Assembly (NCBI GenBank): GCA_964424195.1
Contig: CAYRHT010000003.1
Coordinates: forward strand, 14,919-78,918
Reading direction: 5' to 3'
DNA length: 64,000 bases
From: an uncultured Gammaproteobacteria bacterium
GTDB taxonomy: Bacteria; Patescibacteriota; Patescibacteriia; UBA1558; S5-K13
Part shown: positions 18,357 through 28,469 of the stretch, piece after piece
Layout: each line of letters opens with the position of its first letter
Numbering within the stretch: position 1 is the first letter of the stretch
Program-made: the position numbers and the translations under genes
Notes under the pieces: generated by a model
Told to the model about the DNA's origin: nothing
Databases searched by the model: none
What the model saw: only the letters and a program-made list of their open reading frames with translations

Positions 18357-20187
18357 TATTAGAAATTTTTGTATTATTGCTCACATTGATCATGGAAAAT
18401 CCACTCTAGCGGATCGTTTTTTAGAATTGACTGGAACTATCTCTGAAAGAGACATGAAAGCTCAGTTTTTAGATAGCATGGACTTAGAGAGAGAAAAAGG
18501 AATTACAATCAAATTACAGCCAATTAGGATGAAATACCAAGCTTCTAGTGGAGAAGATTATATCTTAAACCTGATAGACACTCCTGGTCATATGGATTTT
18601 GGTTATGAAGTTTCTCGTTCTATTGCTTGTGTAGAAGGAGCTGTATTAATTGTAGATGCTACTCAGGGAGTGCAAGCTCAAACTTTAGTTAATTTAAGGT
18701 TTGCTTTGGATCAGAAATTGAAAATTATTCCCGTGATGAACAAGATAGATTTACCAACAGCAGATATTGAGAAGACTAAGAATGAAATTATTACATTATT
18801 AAAATGTGAAGAAGATGAGATATTAGAAATATCAGCTAAGACTGGTAAAGGGGTTGCTGAATTAATTGAAGAGATAGTTGCTAAAGTTCCAGCACCAGCA
18901 GAAGGTATAGAAGATAGTAGAGCTTTAATCTTTGATTCTATTTATGATGAATACAAAGGTATTATTTCCTATGTTAGAGTTTTTGATGGTTCTTTTAAAC
19001 GGGGAGATAAGGTTAAATTTATAGGTACTGAAGTAGAATCTGAAATTTTAGAAGTAGGATATTTTAGACTTAGCAGAGAAAAAGCTGATGAGATTAAAAG
19101 CGGTGAAATTGGATATATCATTACTAGTGAAAAAGATCTTAGAAGTGTTAGGGTTGGTGATACTATTGCGATGCGAACTAAAGAGGTAGAAGCATTACCA
19201 GGATACAAGATTGTTAAACCAATGGTTTATGCTGGAATCTATTCTCAGGGTGGAGACAAGTATGAAGAGTTAAGAGATGCTGTGGAAAAATTAATATTAA
19301 ATGATGCTTCTATTGAAATAGAGCCAGATTCTTCTCCAGTATTTGGATTTGGATTTAGATGTGGTTTTCTAGGACTTTTACATTTAGATATTTTCTTACA
19401 AAGATTAAAAAGAGAATATGATTTAGAATTAGTAGTAACAGTTCCTTCAGTAGCTTATCGAGCCTATCTGAAAGAAGGGGTAGCTGATAAATATGTGAAA
19501 AACAAGAAGATTCATACTTTTAAAGATGAGTTAGGTGAATATGCAATTTTAACTAAGCCCTCTGAACTTGATTTACAATATGTAGATTGTATTGAAGAAC
19601 CAATGGTCACCATGGATGTTATCACTCCTGGTGAACATATGGGACCAGTAATGAGTTTAGTAGAAGGTCGAAGAGGACAATATTTAAATACTGAATATTT
19701 AGATCAAGATTTAGTAGTTTTAAAATACAAAATACCTTTAGCTCCTATTCTAGTTGATTTTTATGATAAACTTAAAAGTGTTAGTAAAGGTTATGCTTCA
19801 ATTAATTATGAGTTCTCAGAATACAAAGTAGTTAATTTAGTTAAATTAGATATATATATAGCCGAAGAGTTAATTGAACCTCTATCTAGTTTTGTCTATC
19901 AAGATGAAGCTTTTAGAACAGCTAAAGCAATTGTAGTTAGATTAAAAGAAGCAATCTCTCGACAACAATTTGTAATTAAGATTCAAGCATCTATTGGTGC
20001 TAAAGTTATTGCTGCTGAAAGGCTAAGTGCTTTACGAAAGAATGTTACTGCAGGTTTGTATGGTGGTGATGTTAGTCGAAAGAAGAAGCTTCTAGCTAAA
20101 CAAAAAAAGGGTAAAAAAAGAATGCAAAGTCAGGGGAAAGTTGCATTACCACAAGATGTATATCTTTCTGTTCTAAAGCGTGATTAA
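18346..20187 (+). CDS. lepA: Elongation factor 4 (LepA)
   Basis: G1 motif AHIDHGKST. DTPGHMDF. LepA-specific C-terminal domain; 613 aa. Confidence 0.9.
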   Translation: MKTNIRNFCIIAHIDHGKSTLADRFLELTGTISERDMKAQFLDSMDLEREKGITIKLQPIRMKYQASSGEDYILNLIDTPGHMDFGYEVSRSIACVEGAVLIVDATQGVQAQTLVNLRFALDQKLKIIPVMNKIDLPTADIEKTKNEIITLLKCEEDEILEISAKTGKGVAELIEEIVAKVPAPAEGIEDSRALIFDSIYDEYKGIISYVRVFDGSFKRGDKVKFIGTEVESEILEVGYFRLSREKADEIKSGEIGYIITSEKDLRSVRVGDTIAMRTKEVEALPGYKIVKPMVYAGIYSQGGDKYEELRDAVEKLILNDASIEIEPDSSPVFGFGFRCGFLGLLHLDIFLQRLKREYDLELVVTVPSVAYRAYLKEGVADKYVKNKKIHTFKDELGEYAILTKPSELDLQYVDCIEEPMVTMDVITPGEHMGPVMSLVEGRRGQYLNTEYLDQDLVVLKYKIPLAPILVDFYDKLKSVSKGYASINYEFSEYKVVNLVKLDIYIAEELIEPLSSFVYQDEAFRTAKAIVVRLKEAISRQQFVIKIQASIGAKVIAAERLSALRKNVTAGLYGGDVSRKKKLLAKQKKGKKRMQSQGKVALPQDVYLSVLKRD

Positions 20188-20225
20188 CGAAACAGAGGAG
20201 CTATTGTCCAAGAAAGCATACTAAG

Positions 20226-20260
20226 GACCATAAAGATTGCTAGAATGGTCCAAACTATTT
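20226..20260 (+). terminator. Hairpin terminator after lepA
   Basis: Stem ggaccat/atggtcc with a 13-nt loop, followed by a T-rich tract. Confidence 0.4.
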
Positions 20261-20279
20261 TTAATTTTTTTCTTTTCAT

Positions 20280-20756
20280 ATGATTAATTTTAACAAATAT
20301 TTACCAAATGATGAAGAGGCTTTAGAAGTAATTCATTCAACTAAGGTTTCTTTGTATTTTAAATTATTTCTAGCTACTATTATCTTTTTAGCTCCTTTCT
20401 TCTTTATGATTCCAATTTTAAGTTTAGGAATTAGGGGAATTATTCTTTCTCTTCTAATAATCTTTTTAGATTTAATATATATATTAAAATCTTACAAGAA
20501 GTGGACTTACAATTGTATTATTTTAACAGATAAGAAACTTTATAGATTTCATCAAGAGGGAATCTTTAAAAGAGGAATTAAAGAATTTCATTTAAATAAC
20601 ATTGATGAAATTGATGTTGAGTATCGAGGTTTAATTTCTAAGATTTTTAAAGTAGGGGACTTAGTTATCTATTTAAAGAATGATAGATATGTTGATTTAG
20701 ATGATGTTAGAGATGTGCAGAGGATTAAGAATAGAATATGGGAAGTAATTAATTAG
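20280..20756 (+). CDS. Membrane-anchored bacterial PH-domain (YdbS/bPH_2-like) protein
   Basis: Two N-terminal TM helices followed by a ~90-aa domain with the bPH_2 pattern (ILTDKKLYRF...GDLVIYLKND). Confidence 0.5.
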   Translation: MINFNKYLPNDEEALEVIHSTKVSLYFKLFLATIIFLAPFFFMIPILSLGIRGIILSLLIIFLDLIYILKSYKKWTYNCIILTDKKLYRFHQEGIFKRGIKEFHLNNIDEIDVEYRGLISKIFKVGDLVIYLKNDRYVDLDDVRDVQRIKNRIWEVIN

Positions 20757-20877
20757 AATAATAAAGTTGATTAAGATTAGCTTTTTTTGTTTGACTAATT
20801 AAGAAGAATATGATTTAATAAGATATTAATTTGTCTAATTTAAATTAATAAACGAAAATTAAAAAAAGGAGGATATT

Positions 20878-21372
20878 ATGAGATCTGTTTGGAATTGGTT
20901 TTTAGGTCCATTAGTTGTATTCGTTGCTGTGTATTATGCTTGTATGTTAGCAATGACTATTCAGCTACAAAAAGCTATTGTGCATACATCAATTTGGTTA
21001 GTTCCATTGTTAATTATTGTCAATATTCTTGTTTATGTTTTGACAAAAAAATTCAGTTCTTTTCTTTTGGCTATCTTGAGTATTTCATTATTAGTATTGA
21101 GTTTGCTCAATGGATTTTTTGATTATGAAAAGATGGGGATGGGTTTTTTTGCTATTTTAGGTGCTGTTTCTGTTAATATTATTTTTCTAGTATTATTAGT
21201 CATAATTATTTCTATTTTTCCGGAGGAAGATTCTTTTGGAAGAAAAGAGACTTGGTATATTTCTTCTCCGGGTATAGTACTAGAATCAAAGATATTTTGG
21301 ATCTCCTTAGTGTTAATTGGAAGCTGGGCTTCGCTTTTAATTATTGGAGGATTTATTGGAGTTAGGATTTAA
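20878..21372 (+). CDS. Integral membrane protein, hypothetical
   Basis: 164 aa with 4-5 TM helices and an AGGAGG RBS. Shares a duplicated leader with the next gene. Confidence 0.45.
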   Translation: MRSVWNWFLGPLVVFVAVYYACMLAMTIQLQKAIVHTSIWLVPLLIIVNILVYVLTKKFSSFLLAILSISLLVLSLLNGFFDYEKMGMGFFAILGAVSVNIIFLVLLVIIISIFPEEDSFGRKETWYISSPGIVLESKIFWISLVLIGSWASLLIIGGFIGVRI

Positions 21373-21520
21373 GATTGATGATTATTAAAGATTAGTTGTA
21401 TAGCTAACCTTTGTTTGTTTGTTTGACTGATTAAGAATAATGTGCTTAAATAATGTATTAATTTGAATAATTTAGATTAATAAACGAAAATTAAAAAATA
21501 AAATAATTCAAGGAGGAATT

Positions 21521-22372
21521 ATGAAAAAGTTAGTAATTATAGTTCTATTTATAGGACTGATGTTTTCTTTGGCTATGGCTGAGGAAATTGAAAGAGTTGA
21601 GTTTAATATCAATGGAGATTTTTTTGAACAGATCACAACAATTAGTGTTTTAAAGGAAGAAATAATCAAAGAAAATACACTTTCTTATTACATTAAAAAT
21701 AAGTTAAATGTTCTTAATGATTCTCTATATTATCAGGATGCTGTTCAAAATCCTGGAAAAGAGATTATAGTCTATGATAATCTAAAAATAGTTGGGTTAT
21801 TTCTCCCAAAAGTAGAGCAAACAAAGCTTTCGACAGTTTTTGAAAATCAAGAAATTGATACTAATTTAGAGCCATTGGAGAGATTTAGTTGGGAACTTCT
21901 ATTATTCTATATTTTTGCTTTATTTTCAGGGATTTTAGTGGTGTCAACTTTTAATTTAGGAATAAAATCTTATATTTTTATAAAAATTTCTATAGTTTTA
22001 TGTTTGATATTGAGTATAGGTTTTTCTAGCTTTCTTCAATTTCAGCAGTTTTCTCTTTCGATAGAAATTTTTTTGTGGAGTTTTAATGCTTTAATAACCA
22101 TTACTATTTTACTAGCTTTTATTTTACTAGTGGATATATTTATAGATTATCTTTCTTCTAAAAAGATTGATAAATTTAAGGATGTTAGGTTTATTTCTGT
22201 TTTTATTTCTTTTCTGTTTTTGATTATAGCTTTATCTCTATTTGTACCATCCTTTAATAAAGTTTATTTATTGTTAGTGTTGTCTGGTATGTATATCATT
22301 CCAATATTAATTACATATTTGATTTTGATGGTGAAGAAAAAGTTGAAGAAAATAAGTGAAGAAAAAGAATAA
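21521..22372 (+). CDS. Signal-peptide plus multi-TM membrane protein, hypothetical
   Basis: 283 aa with an N-terminal signal peptide, a ~110-aa extracytoplasmic domain, then about 5 TM helices. AGGAGG RBS. Confidence 0.45.
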   Translation: MKKLVIIVLFIGLMFSLAMAEEIERVEFNINGDFFEQITTISVLKEEIIKENTLSYYIKNKLNVLNDSLYYQDAVQNPGKEIIVYDNLKIVGLFLPKVEQTKLSTVFENQEIDTNLEPLERFSWELLLFYIFALFSGILVVSTFNLGIKSYIFIKISIVLCLILSIGFSSFLQFQQFSLSIEIFLWSFNALITITILLAFILLVDIFIDYLSSKKIDKFKDVRFISVFISFLFLIIALSLFVPSFNKVYLLLVLSGMYIIPILITYLILMVKKKLKKISEEKE

Positions 22373-22471
22373 TTTGTATTAGGGGATTGGCTTAAGTCGA
22401 TTCCCTTTTTTATTTAAAAACTAATTCAATGAGTGGTTTACGAATCACTCTTTTTTTATTATAATAAATAC

Positions 22472-22876
22472 ATGAAACAAAATAATTCATTATTCTTTAG
22501 AATATTTTCTTCTAAAATATTTTTTGTTATTTTCCTAATTATTGTTATTTACTTATCAGTAAATGTTTATCGTGAAATAAAACAAAGGGTAGAAGTAAAA
22601 AGAGAAATTGCTAACCTTAAAATGGAGATAAATAATTTAAGTAATGAAAATGATAAGTTAGGTGACTTGATAGAATATTTTGAAACTGAAGAATATATTG
22701 AGCTTAGTTCTAGAGAAAAATTAGGATACAAAAAACCAGGAGAGAAGATTATAGTTTTCACTGAAGAAGGTGGGGATGGTATTTTAAATACTGCTCAGAA
22801 TAGAAATAGTTTAAATCGAAAATCAAACCTAAAATTATGGTGGGATTATTTTTTTAATAATACTAATACAATATGA
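22472..22876 (+). CDS. ftsB: Septum formation initiator (FtsB/DivIC family)
   Basis: Single TM plus coiled coil, then the conserved ...SREKLGYKKPGEKIIVF motif. Start moved to the internal ATG because a terminator hairpin overlaps the longer ORF. Confidence 0.6.
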   Translation: MKQNNSLFFRIFSSKIFFVIFLIIVIYLSVNVYREIKQRVEVKREIANLKMEINNLSNENDKLGDLIEYFETEEYIELSSREKLGYKKPGEKIIVFTEEGGDGILNTAQNRNSLNRKSNLKLWWDYFFNNTNTI

Positions 22877-23718
22877 AAAAATTAATTACTAAAAAAAGAG
22901 TTATTGGTTTTGCTTTGTATATATTCTTAGCGATAATTGTCTTTAGTTTCTTTGATATCTATTTTCTAGGCTATCGAACAGACTTAAGTAAGTTTACTTC
23001 TAAGGTCATCCCTTATCCAGCTTTGTTTGTTAACAGTGACATGGTTAGTGTTGGTCAATATGATCGATTTTTAAAGGGCTATGAGTCATATTTAAAAGAA
23101 CTAGGTGTGCATCAGAAGATTGATCAGCAGTTATTATCCAGAACTATGATTCAGAACATAGCTTTAGAACAGGTAGTTACTAAATTAGATATTAAGTTTA
23201 GTAAACAAGAGTTTAATGATTATGTGGATGACTTCTACAAGAATAATAATATTTCTGGAATGAATAGAGAGAATTATACTAATTACTTTTTAAAACCAAT
23301 TTATTACAAAGAAAAGATTATCAGTAGAATTACTGATGATGATTTTAATTTAGAGAATAAGAAGAAGATAGAATTAATTTATAATGACTTGATTAAGAAT
23401 TCAGTTGATTTCAATATCTATTCTGACCTATACAAAGATCAAGAACTTGGTATTAATGGTAATATGATTGGTTGGCTTCCTTATGGAAATCTACCAGAAT
23501 CTTTAAAATCAAGAGTTGAGAAGATGGAGATTGGTGAATTTACTTCAATTATGAAAAGTATTTCTGGATATCATATATATAAATTAAATGGTAAAATAAA
23601 GAATGAAGATGGTAGCTATTATTATCAATTTGATCAAATATTTTTACCAATTGAAAACTTTAGTAATTATTTAAATAAATTTTTAGAGAATAGTAAAATA
23701 TTACATTTTTTAAATTAG
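22873..23718 (+). CDS. Membrane-anchored parvulin-type peptidyl-prolyl isomerase (PrsA/SurA-like)
   Basis: N-terminal TM. C-terminal PpiC pattern GWLPYGNLPESLKSRVEKMEIGEFTSIMKSISGYHIYKL. Confidence 0.55.
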   Translation: MKKLITKKRVIGFALYIFLAIIVFSFFDIYFLGYRTDLSKFTSKVIPYPALFVNSDMVSVGQYDRFLKGYESYLKELGVHQKIDQQLLSRTMIQNIALEQVVTKLDIKFSKQEFNDYVDDFYKNNNISGMNRENYTNYFLKPIYYKEKIISRITDDDFNLENKKKIELIYNDLIKNSVDFNIYSDLYKDQELGINGNMIGWLPYGNLPESLKSRVEKMEIGEFTSIMKSISGYHIYKLNGKIKNEDGSYYYQFDQIFLPIENFSNYLNKFLENSKILHFLN

Positions 23719-23733
23719 ATATATTCCAATTCA

Positions 23734-24414
23734 ATGATTGAAATTACAAACCTATCAAAATTCTATAACCCTAATGTTTGGGCTTTGAATAAAGTCTCCT
23801 TGAATATCAAACCAGGAGAATTTGTTTCTATTGTTGGACAAAGTGGTACTGGTAAAACTACCTTAGTAAAGATGTTAATTGCTGATGAATTACCTAGTGA
23901 TGGTCAAATTGTAATTGGTGGTTGGGATATTACTAATATTGAAGACTATGATGTCCCTTATCTCCGAAGACAAATTGGAGTAGTATTTCAAGATTACAAG
24001 CTATTACAAAAAAAGAATGTTTATGAAAATGTTAGTTTTGCTTTAGAGTCTTGTGGAACTCCTAAAGAAAGAATTCATAAGATAGTTCCTCAAATTTTAA
24101 AGATTGTTGGTTTACAAAACAAGATGGATCGTTATCCTAGTCAATTATCTGGTGGTGAACAACAAAGAACAGCTATTGCTCGGTCTTTAGTTCATCAACC
24201 TAAATTATTAATTGCTGATGAGCCTACTGGTAATTTAGATTCAATTAACTCTCGAGAGATAATTGATTTACTCTTAAGAATTAATAGTTTAAATACTACA
24301 GTTATCTTAGTTAGTCATGATCGAGATATTATTAACAGTCTAGGAAAAAGAGTGGTTACTATGGATGATGGGAAAATAATTTCTGATCAAGTTAAAGGAA
24401 GATATATACTTTAA
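23734..24414 (+). CDS. ftsE: Cell-division ABC ATPase FtsE
   Basis: Walker A GQSGTGKTT, signature LSGGEQQR, Walker B LLIADEPTGNLD. Confidence 0.85.
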   Translation: MIEITNLSKFYNPNVWALNKVSLNIKPGEFVSIVGQSGTGKTTLVKMLIADELPSDGQIVIGGWDITNIEDYDVPYLRRQIGVVFQDYKLLQKKNVYENVSFALESCGTPKERIHKIVPQILKIVGLQNKMDRYPSQLSGGEQQRTAIARSLVHQPKLLIADEPTGNLDSINSREIIDLLLRINSLNTTVILVSHDRDIINSLGKRVVTMDDGKIISDQVKGRYIL

Positions 24415-24427
24415 ATTAAATAAATTT

Positions 24428-25357
24428 ATGTTAACTTCATTTATTCGGGTATTAAAATTTGCTTTTCAAGGCTTTTGGAGAAATATTTGGCTTTCAGTCA
24501 TTAATATTACTATTTTAGTTCTAACTCTTTTTGCTATTAATTTCCTAATTGGTTTTAATCTTTTAGCTGACAATGCTATTGGTTTAGTAAATGAGAAAAT
24601 AGATGTTAATTTGTATTTTGTAGAGAATATTTCAGATGAAAAGGTAGAGGAGATCAAGCAAAAGATCTTTGATTCAGATTATATTGAAGAAGTAGAGTTA
24701 GTTTCAGCTGAAGATGCTCTAAATACTTTTTTGGAAAGACATCAATCTGATGATCATATTGTAGAAGCTATAAATGAGCTTAAAGAAGATGATGGTCAGG
24801 TTTTTAACTCTAGTTTAAAGATTAAGGCTAAGGATATGGATATGTATGGTGAGGTCTTAAAAGAGCTAAAAGAGAGTCAATACAGTGCTTTATTTGAAAT
24901 TGATGAGTCAGAGTTTAAAGATTATACTAATATGACTGAAAAGATTAGTAATATCTCTGAAAGAGTTAAATTATTTGGTTATATAGTATCTATTATCTTT
25001 ATCCTAATTGCTTTAATGATGGTTTACAATACGATTAAGATTGCTACCTATACTCATCGAGAAGAAATTGGGATTATGAGGTTGGTTGGAGCAACTAACA
25101 AATTCATTAAATCTCCTTTTATATTTGAAATTATACTCTACAACCTCATAGCTGTTATTATTGTAGCTATATTATTTTATAGTTTTCTTTCAGTAATGAA
25201 TCCATTGTTAGTTAAGTTGTTTGAAGGATATCCTTTAAATCTAATGGATTATTTCAATCATAACTTTGTTTGGATATTTGGTGGACAGTTTATTATTATG
25301 AGTCTCTTCTCTATTGTTAGTAGTTCAGTAGCAATTAAGAAGTTTTTGAAGATTTAG
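24428..25357 (+). CDS. ftsX: Cell-division permease FtsX
   Basis: Adjacent to ftsE. 309 aa with four TM helices and a periplasmic loop, the FtsX topology. Confidence 0.8.
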   Translation: MLTSFIRVLKFAFQGFWRNIWLSVINITILVLTLFAINFLIGFNLLADNAIGLVNEKIDVNLYFVENISDEKVEEIKQKIFDSDYIEEVELVSAEDALNTFLERHQSDDHIVEAINELKEDDGQVFNSSLKIKAKDMDMYGEVLKELKESQYSALFEIDESEFKDYTNMTEKISNISERVKLFGYIVSIIFILIALMMVYNTIKIATYTHREEIGIMRLVGATNKFIKSPFIFEIILYNLIAVIIVAILFYSFLSVMNPLLVKLFEGYPLNLMDYFNHNFVWIFGGQFIIMSLFSIVSSSVAIKKFLKI

Positions 25358-25400
25358 AATATCTTATTTATAATAATTTATATTTAATAAGGAAAATATT

Positions 25401-27383
25401 ATGATAAACAATAGAAAAAATGAGGCAAAAACTGATATTGATCTTTTTAATTATATTAGAGAAAATAGATTTTATTCCAAGAATTGGACCGTTCAAAAGC
25501 AAGGTAATAAATATATACAAGAAATTTTAGATAAAACAAGTAAAAAGGGGACGGGAAATCAGGGTTATCCAGATTTGATTTATGTTAATGATAATAAAAA
25601 ATTGTTAATTTTAATTGAGAATAAAGATCAAATTAAAAATCATATTTCAAAAAATGAAGATAAGCCAGTTGATTTTGCAGTTGATGGAATAAAACATTAT
25701 TTGTCTTTTTTTAAGGAAAATAAATTAAATACAGAAAAGGAAATATTAAGGAAATATATAAAAAATTGGAAAATAATTGGAATTGCCTTTTCTGGAGATA
25801 TTAACGATGAGTATAATCATAGACTTGATACATATATTGTAGAAGGTGATTTAATTCAAAATATTGGCAAAAACGAAATATTGGATGAGGAAGATTATTT
25901 AGCATTTTTTGAAAATATTGACTTAGAAAAAATATCTAATGATATTTCAAAATCATCAAGTGAAATCAACAGGCTTTTAAGAAATTTGGATTCACCAAAA
26001 AGACCTATTCTTTTAAGTGCTTTAATGATTTGTTTGTATCCTAAAGAAAGTGGAGCAGATTTTAAAAATAGTTATAGCTCATGGAGTACGCAAACAATTA
26101 TTAGGAACATACCTACAACAATTAGTGATATCTTGGAGAGTGAAAAAATTGATAAAAATAAAATAGAAGTCTTAACGAATGAGTTAGTTTTTTTAAATAC
26201 TGATACTGATTTGAAATCCACAAATATTTTAAAAGATATCTTGAAAGAACTTGAAGAAAAAGTTATTCCCTTGTTTAATAAAAAAACATCTTATGATATA
26301 ATTGGAAAATTTTATGAGGAATTTTTAAGATATGCAGGGATAACAAATGTAAAAAAGGGGATTGTTTTAACACCGAATCATATTACAACACTTTTTACAG
26401 ATTTAATTGATATTAAAACAAATGATATAATTTTTGATCCCGCGTGTGGTACTGGTGCATTTTTAATATCAGGAATGAATAAGCTTATTGATAAAATTGA
26501 AAATTCAAAATTATCAGATAAAAAAGAAAGAATAAAAAATATAAAAACTAAACAACTTATTGGATTTGAAAAAAATAGCACAATGTATTCTTTGGCAATT
26601 TCTAATATGCTTTTTAGAGGAGATGGTAAATCTCAAATATTTAATGAAGATTTTTTTTCTGCAAAGACAAATGAAATATTAGACAATTTATCTACGAAAC
26701 CAACGATTGGTTTTATTAATCCACCATATGGAGGGAGAGATAATGCTAAAAATCCAACAAAAAGAGAAATACAATTTTTAGAAAAAATGTTAGATCATTG
26801 TAGTAGATATGGGATTGTTATTGCTCCCCTTTCAACATATTTTAAGGATGAAGCAGATAGAGATAGAATTTTAACAAAGCATACCTTGAAGTATGTTATT
26901 AATGTACCTAGTGAACTATTTCAACCGAATGCCTCAATTCATACAGCTATTGCCGTTTTTGAGACAAATATTCCTCATAATAACAGTAAGGTTGTTTTTT
27001 ATAATTTGAAAGATGATGGTTTTGTTTTATCTAAGAATAAAGGTAGAACGGATGTATTGAATAAATGGAGCGGTATTAAGAAAGATTTATTAAGAAAGAT
27101 TAAGAGTCCAAAGAAAAATGAAGATTTTATAGACTTGGTTTTTAAAAAGGTCAGTAGTAAAGATGAGTGGATAATTCAAGCACATTCAAAAACAAATTAT
27201 GAAAAATTATCAGAAAAAACCTTTGAAAAAAGTATTAAAGAGCATGTTATTTTTTCTACAAAATTAAAATTAGATTTAGTAAATAAGGATTTGGATGAAA
27301 TAACATTATTGGAAATATTAAACGAAAATAATATTAGTGCAGCTGAAGTTTTGGATAATGATAATAAAAATTATGAAAGTTAA
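25401..27383 (+). CDS. BcgI-like Type IIB R-M subunit A: fused N-terminal PD-(D/E)xK nuclease domain plus gamma-class N6-adenine methyltransferase
   Basis: N-terminal GYPDLIYVND...LLILIENKD (D...ExK). MTase motif X VLTPNHIT, motif I DPACGTGAFLISG, motif IV NPPYGG; 660 aa. No HsdM-type N-domain and no HsdR nearby. Confidence 0.65.
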   Translation: MINNRKNEAKTDIDLFNYIRENRFYSKNWTVQKQGNKYIQEILDKTSKKGTGNQGYPDLIYVNDNKKLLILIENKDQIKNHISKNEDKPVDFAVDGIKHYLSFFKENKLNTEKEILRKYIKNWKIIGIAFSGDINDEYNHRLDTYIVEGDLIQNIGKNEILDEEDYLAFFENIDLEKISNDISKSSSEINRLLRNLDSPKRPILLSALMICLYPKESGADFKNSYSSWSTQTIIRNIPTTISDILESEKIDKNKIEVLTNELVFLNTDTDLKSTNILKDILKELEEKVIPLFNKKTSYDIIGKFYEEFLRYAGITNVKKGIVLTPNHITTLFTDLIDIKTNDIIFDPACGTGAFLISGMNKLIDKIENSKLSDKKERIKNIKTKQLIGFEKNSTMYSLAISNMLFRGDGKSQIFNEDFFSAKTNEILDNLSTKPTIGFINPPYGGRDNAKNPTKREIQFLEKMLDHCSRYGIVIAPLSTYFKDEADRDRILTKHTLKYVINVPSELFQPNASIHTAIAVFETNIPHNNSKVVFYNLKDDGFVLSKNKGRTDVLNKWSGIKKDLLRKIKSPKKNEDFIDLVFKKVSSKDEWIIQAHSKTNYEKLSEKTFEKSIKEHVIFSTKLKLDLVNKDLDEITLLEILNENNISAAEVLDNDNKNYES

Positions 27384-28410
27384 TAAGGATAATTGGCAAG
27401 AATTTAAATTTTCAGGAAAAGGTGGAATTTTTACTATCTCAAGAGGGAAAAGATTAGTTAAAAAGGATCAGATTAATGGTAATATTGCTTACATTTCTTC
27501 TAGTAAGAAAAATAATGGTATTGATAATTACATCTTGCCGCCAGATTTTATGACAATTTATAGTAATGCTTTAACTATTAATAATAGTGGAAGTGTTGGT
27601 TATTGTTTTTATCATCCATATAAATTTGTTGCATCTGATCATTGCACTATAATTGATATTAAGGATAAAAATATAAAGTTAAATAATTATATTGCTTTAT
27701 TTTTAAAGCCTGTTATTGAATCGATGAAAAATAAATATAATTTTGCAAGAGAAATTAATAATGAGAGATTAGAAAAAGAAAAAATATTACTTCCAGTTAA
27801 ATACAATAAATGTCCTGATTGGGATTTTATGAAAAACTATATTAAAGATTTATCCAAAAATATTAAATATACTAAAGAAGTAATTAAAAAAACAAATGTT
27901 CAGAGTATAAACGAAAATAAAATAAAATGGAAGGAATTTAAATTAAATAAAATATTTGATTTATTTTTAGGGAAGCCAATACATTCAATTGAAGTCGAAG
28001 GAATTAAATCATCGTCTACGGATGGAATAGCATATATCACAAGAACTGCTAAAAATAATGGTGTAGAATCTTTTGTGGATAAATCAGTAGTGGATAATAA
28101 TAAAATTATTAAAGGGAACTGTATAACAATTGGAGCTGAAGGTTTTAAAGCTTTCTATCAGGACAAGGAGTTTATAACTGGGAATAAAGTTAATATTCTT
28201 AGAAATAGAAAGTTAAATTTATGGAATTCTTTGTTTATTAATTCAATACTTAATTTAATTATAGAGGAAAAATTTGGATATGGAAGAGGTGCTGTAAAGT
28301 CTAGATTAGAAGATCTTTATATTAAATTGCCAATAAACATTGATAATGAACCAGATTTTGAATTTATGGAGAATTATATTAAATCTTTACCATATTCTTC
28401 TAATTTGTAA
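27373..28410 (+). CDS. R-M specificity subunit (HsdS/BcgIB-like, two target-recognition domains)
   Basis: Two internally repeated TRD halves (…NWQEFKFSGKGGIFTISRGK… / …KWKEFKLNKIFDLFLGKPI…). ATGA overlap with the upstream stop; 345 aa. Confidence 0.7.
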   Translation: MKVNKDNWQEFKFSGKGGIFTISRGKRLVKKDQINGNIAYISSSKKNNGIDNYILPPDFMTIYSNALTINNSGSVGYCFYHPYKFVASDHCTIIDIKDKNIKLNNYIALFLKPVIESMKNKYNFAREINNERLEKEKILLPVKYNKCPDWDFMKNYIKDLSKNIKYTKEVIKKTNVQSINENKIKWKEFKLNKIFDLFLGKPIHSIEVEGIKSSSTDGIAYITRTAKNNGVESFVDKSVVDNNKIIKGNCITIGAEGFKAFYQDKEFITGNKVNILRNRKLNLWNSLFINSILNLIIEEKFGYGRGAVKSRLEDLYIKLPINIDNEPDFEFMENYIKSLPYSSNL

Positions 28411-28424
28411 TTTAATTAAATATT

Positions 28425-28452
28425 AAAAAATCCCGTTAGAACGGGATTTTTT
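28425..28452. terminator. Bidirectional intrinsic terminator (between R-M island and rpmA)
   Basis: A6, stem atcccgt/acgggat with loop taga, then T6. Confidence 0.6.
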
Positions 28453-28469
28453 GTTTTATAGAAATTTAG

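Noticed and set aside
22433-22471. Longer start (22433) for ftsB and 37275 start for murC and 27337 start for the S subunit
   Set aside because: The upstream extensions overlap a terminator hairpin (ftsB) or the preceding gene's coding region (murG, hsdM-like). Internal ATGs at 22472, 37362 and 27373 give canonical N-termini.
25401-28410. Orphan Type I M+S methyltransferase pair
   Set aside because: The M-like protein lacks an HsdM N-terminal domain and instead begins with a PD-(D/E)xK-type segment. A BcgI-like Type IIB assignment explains the architecture and the absence of hsdR better. The Type I interpretation remains a fallback if the nuclease motif is not confirmed.
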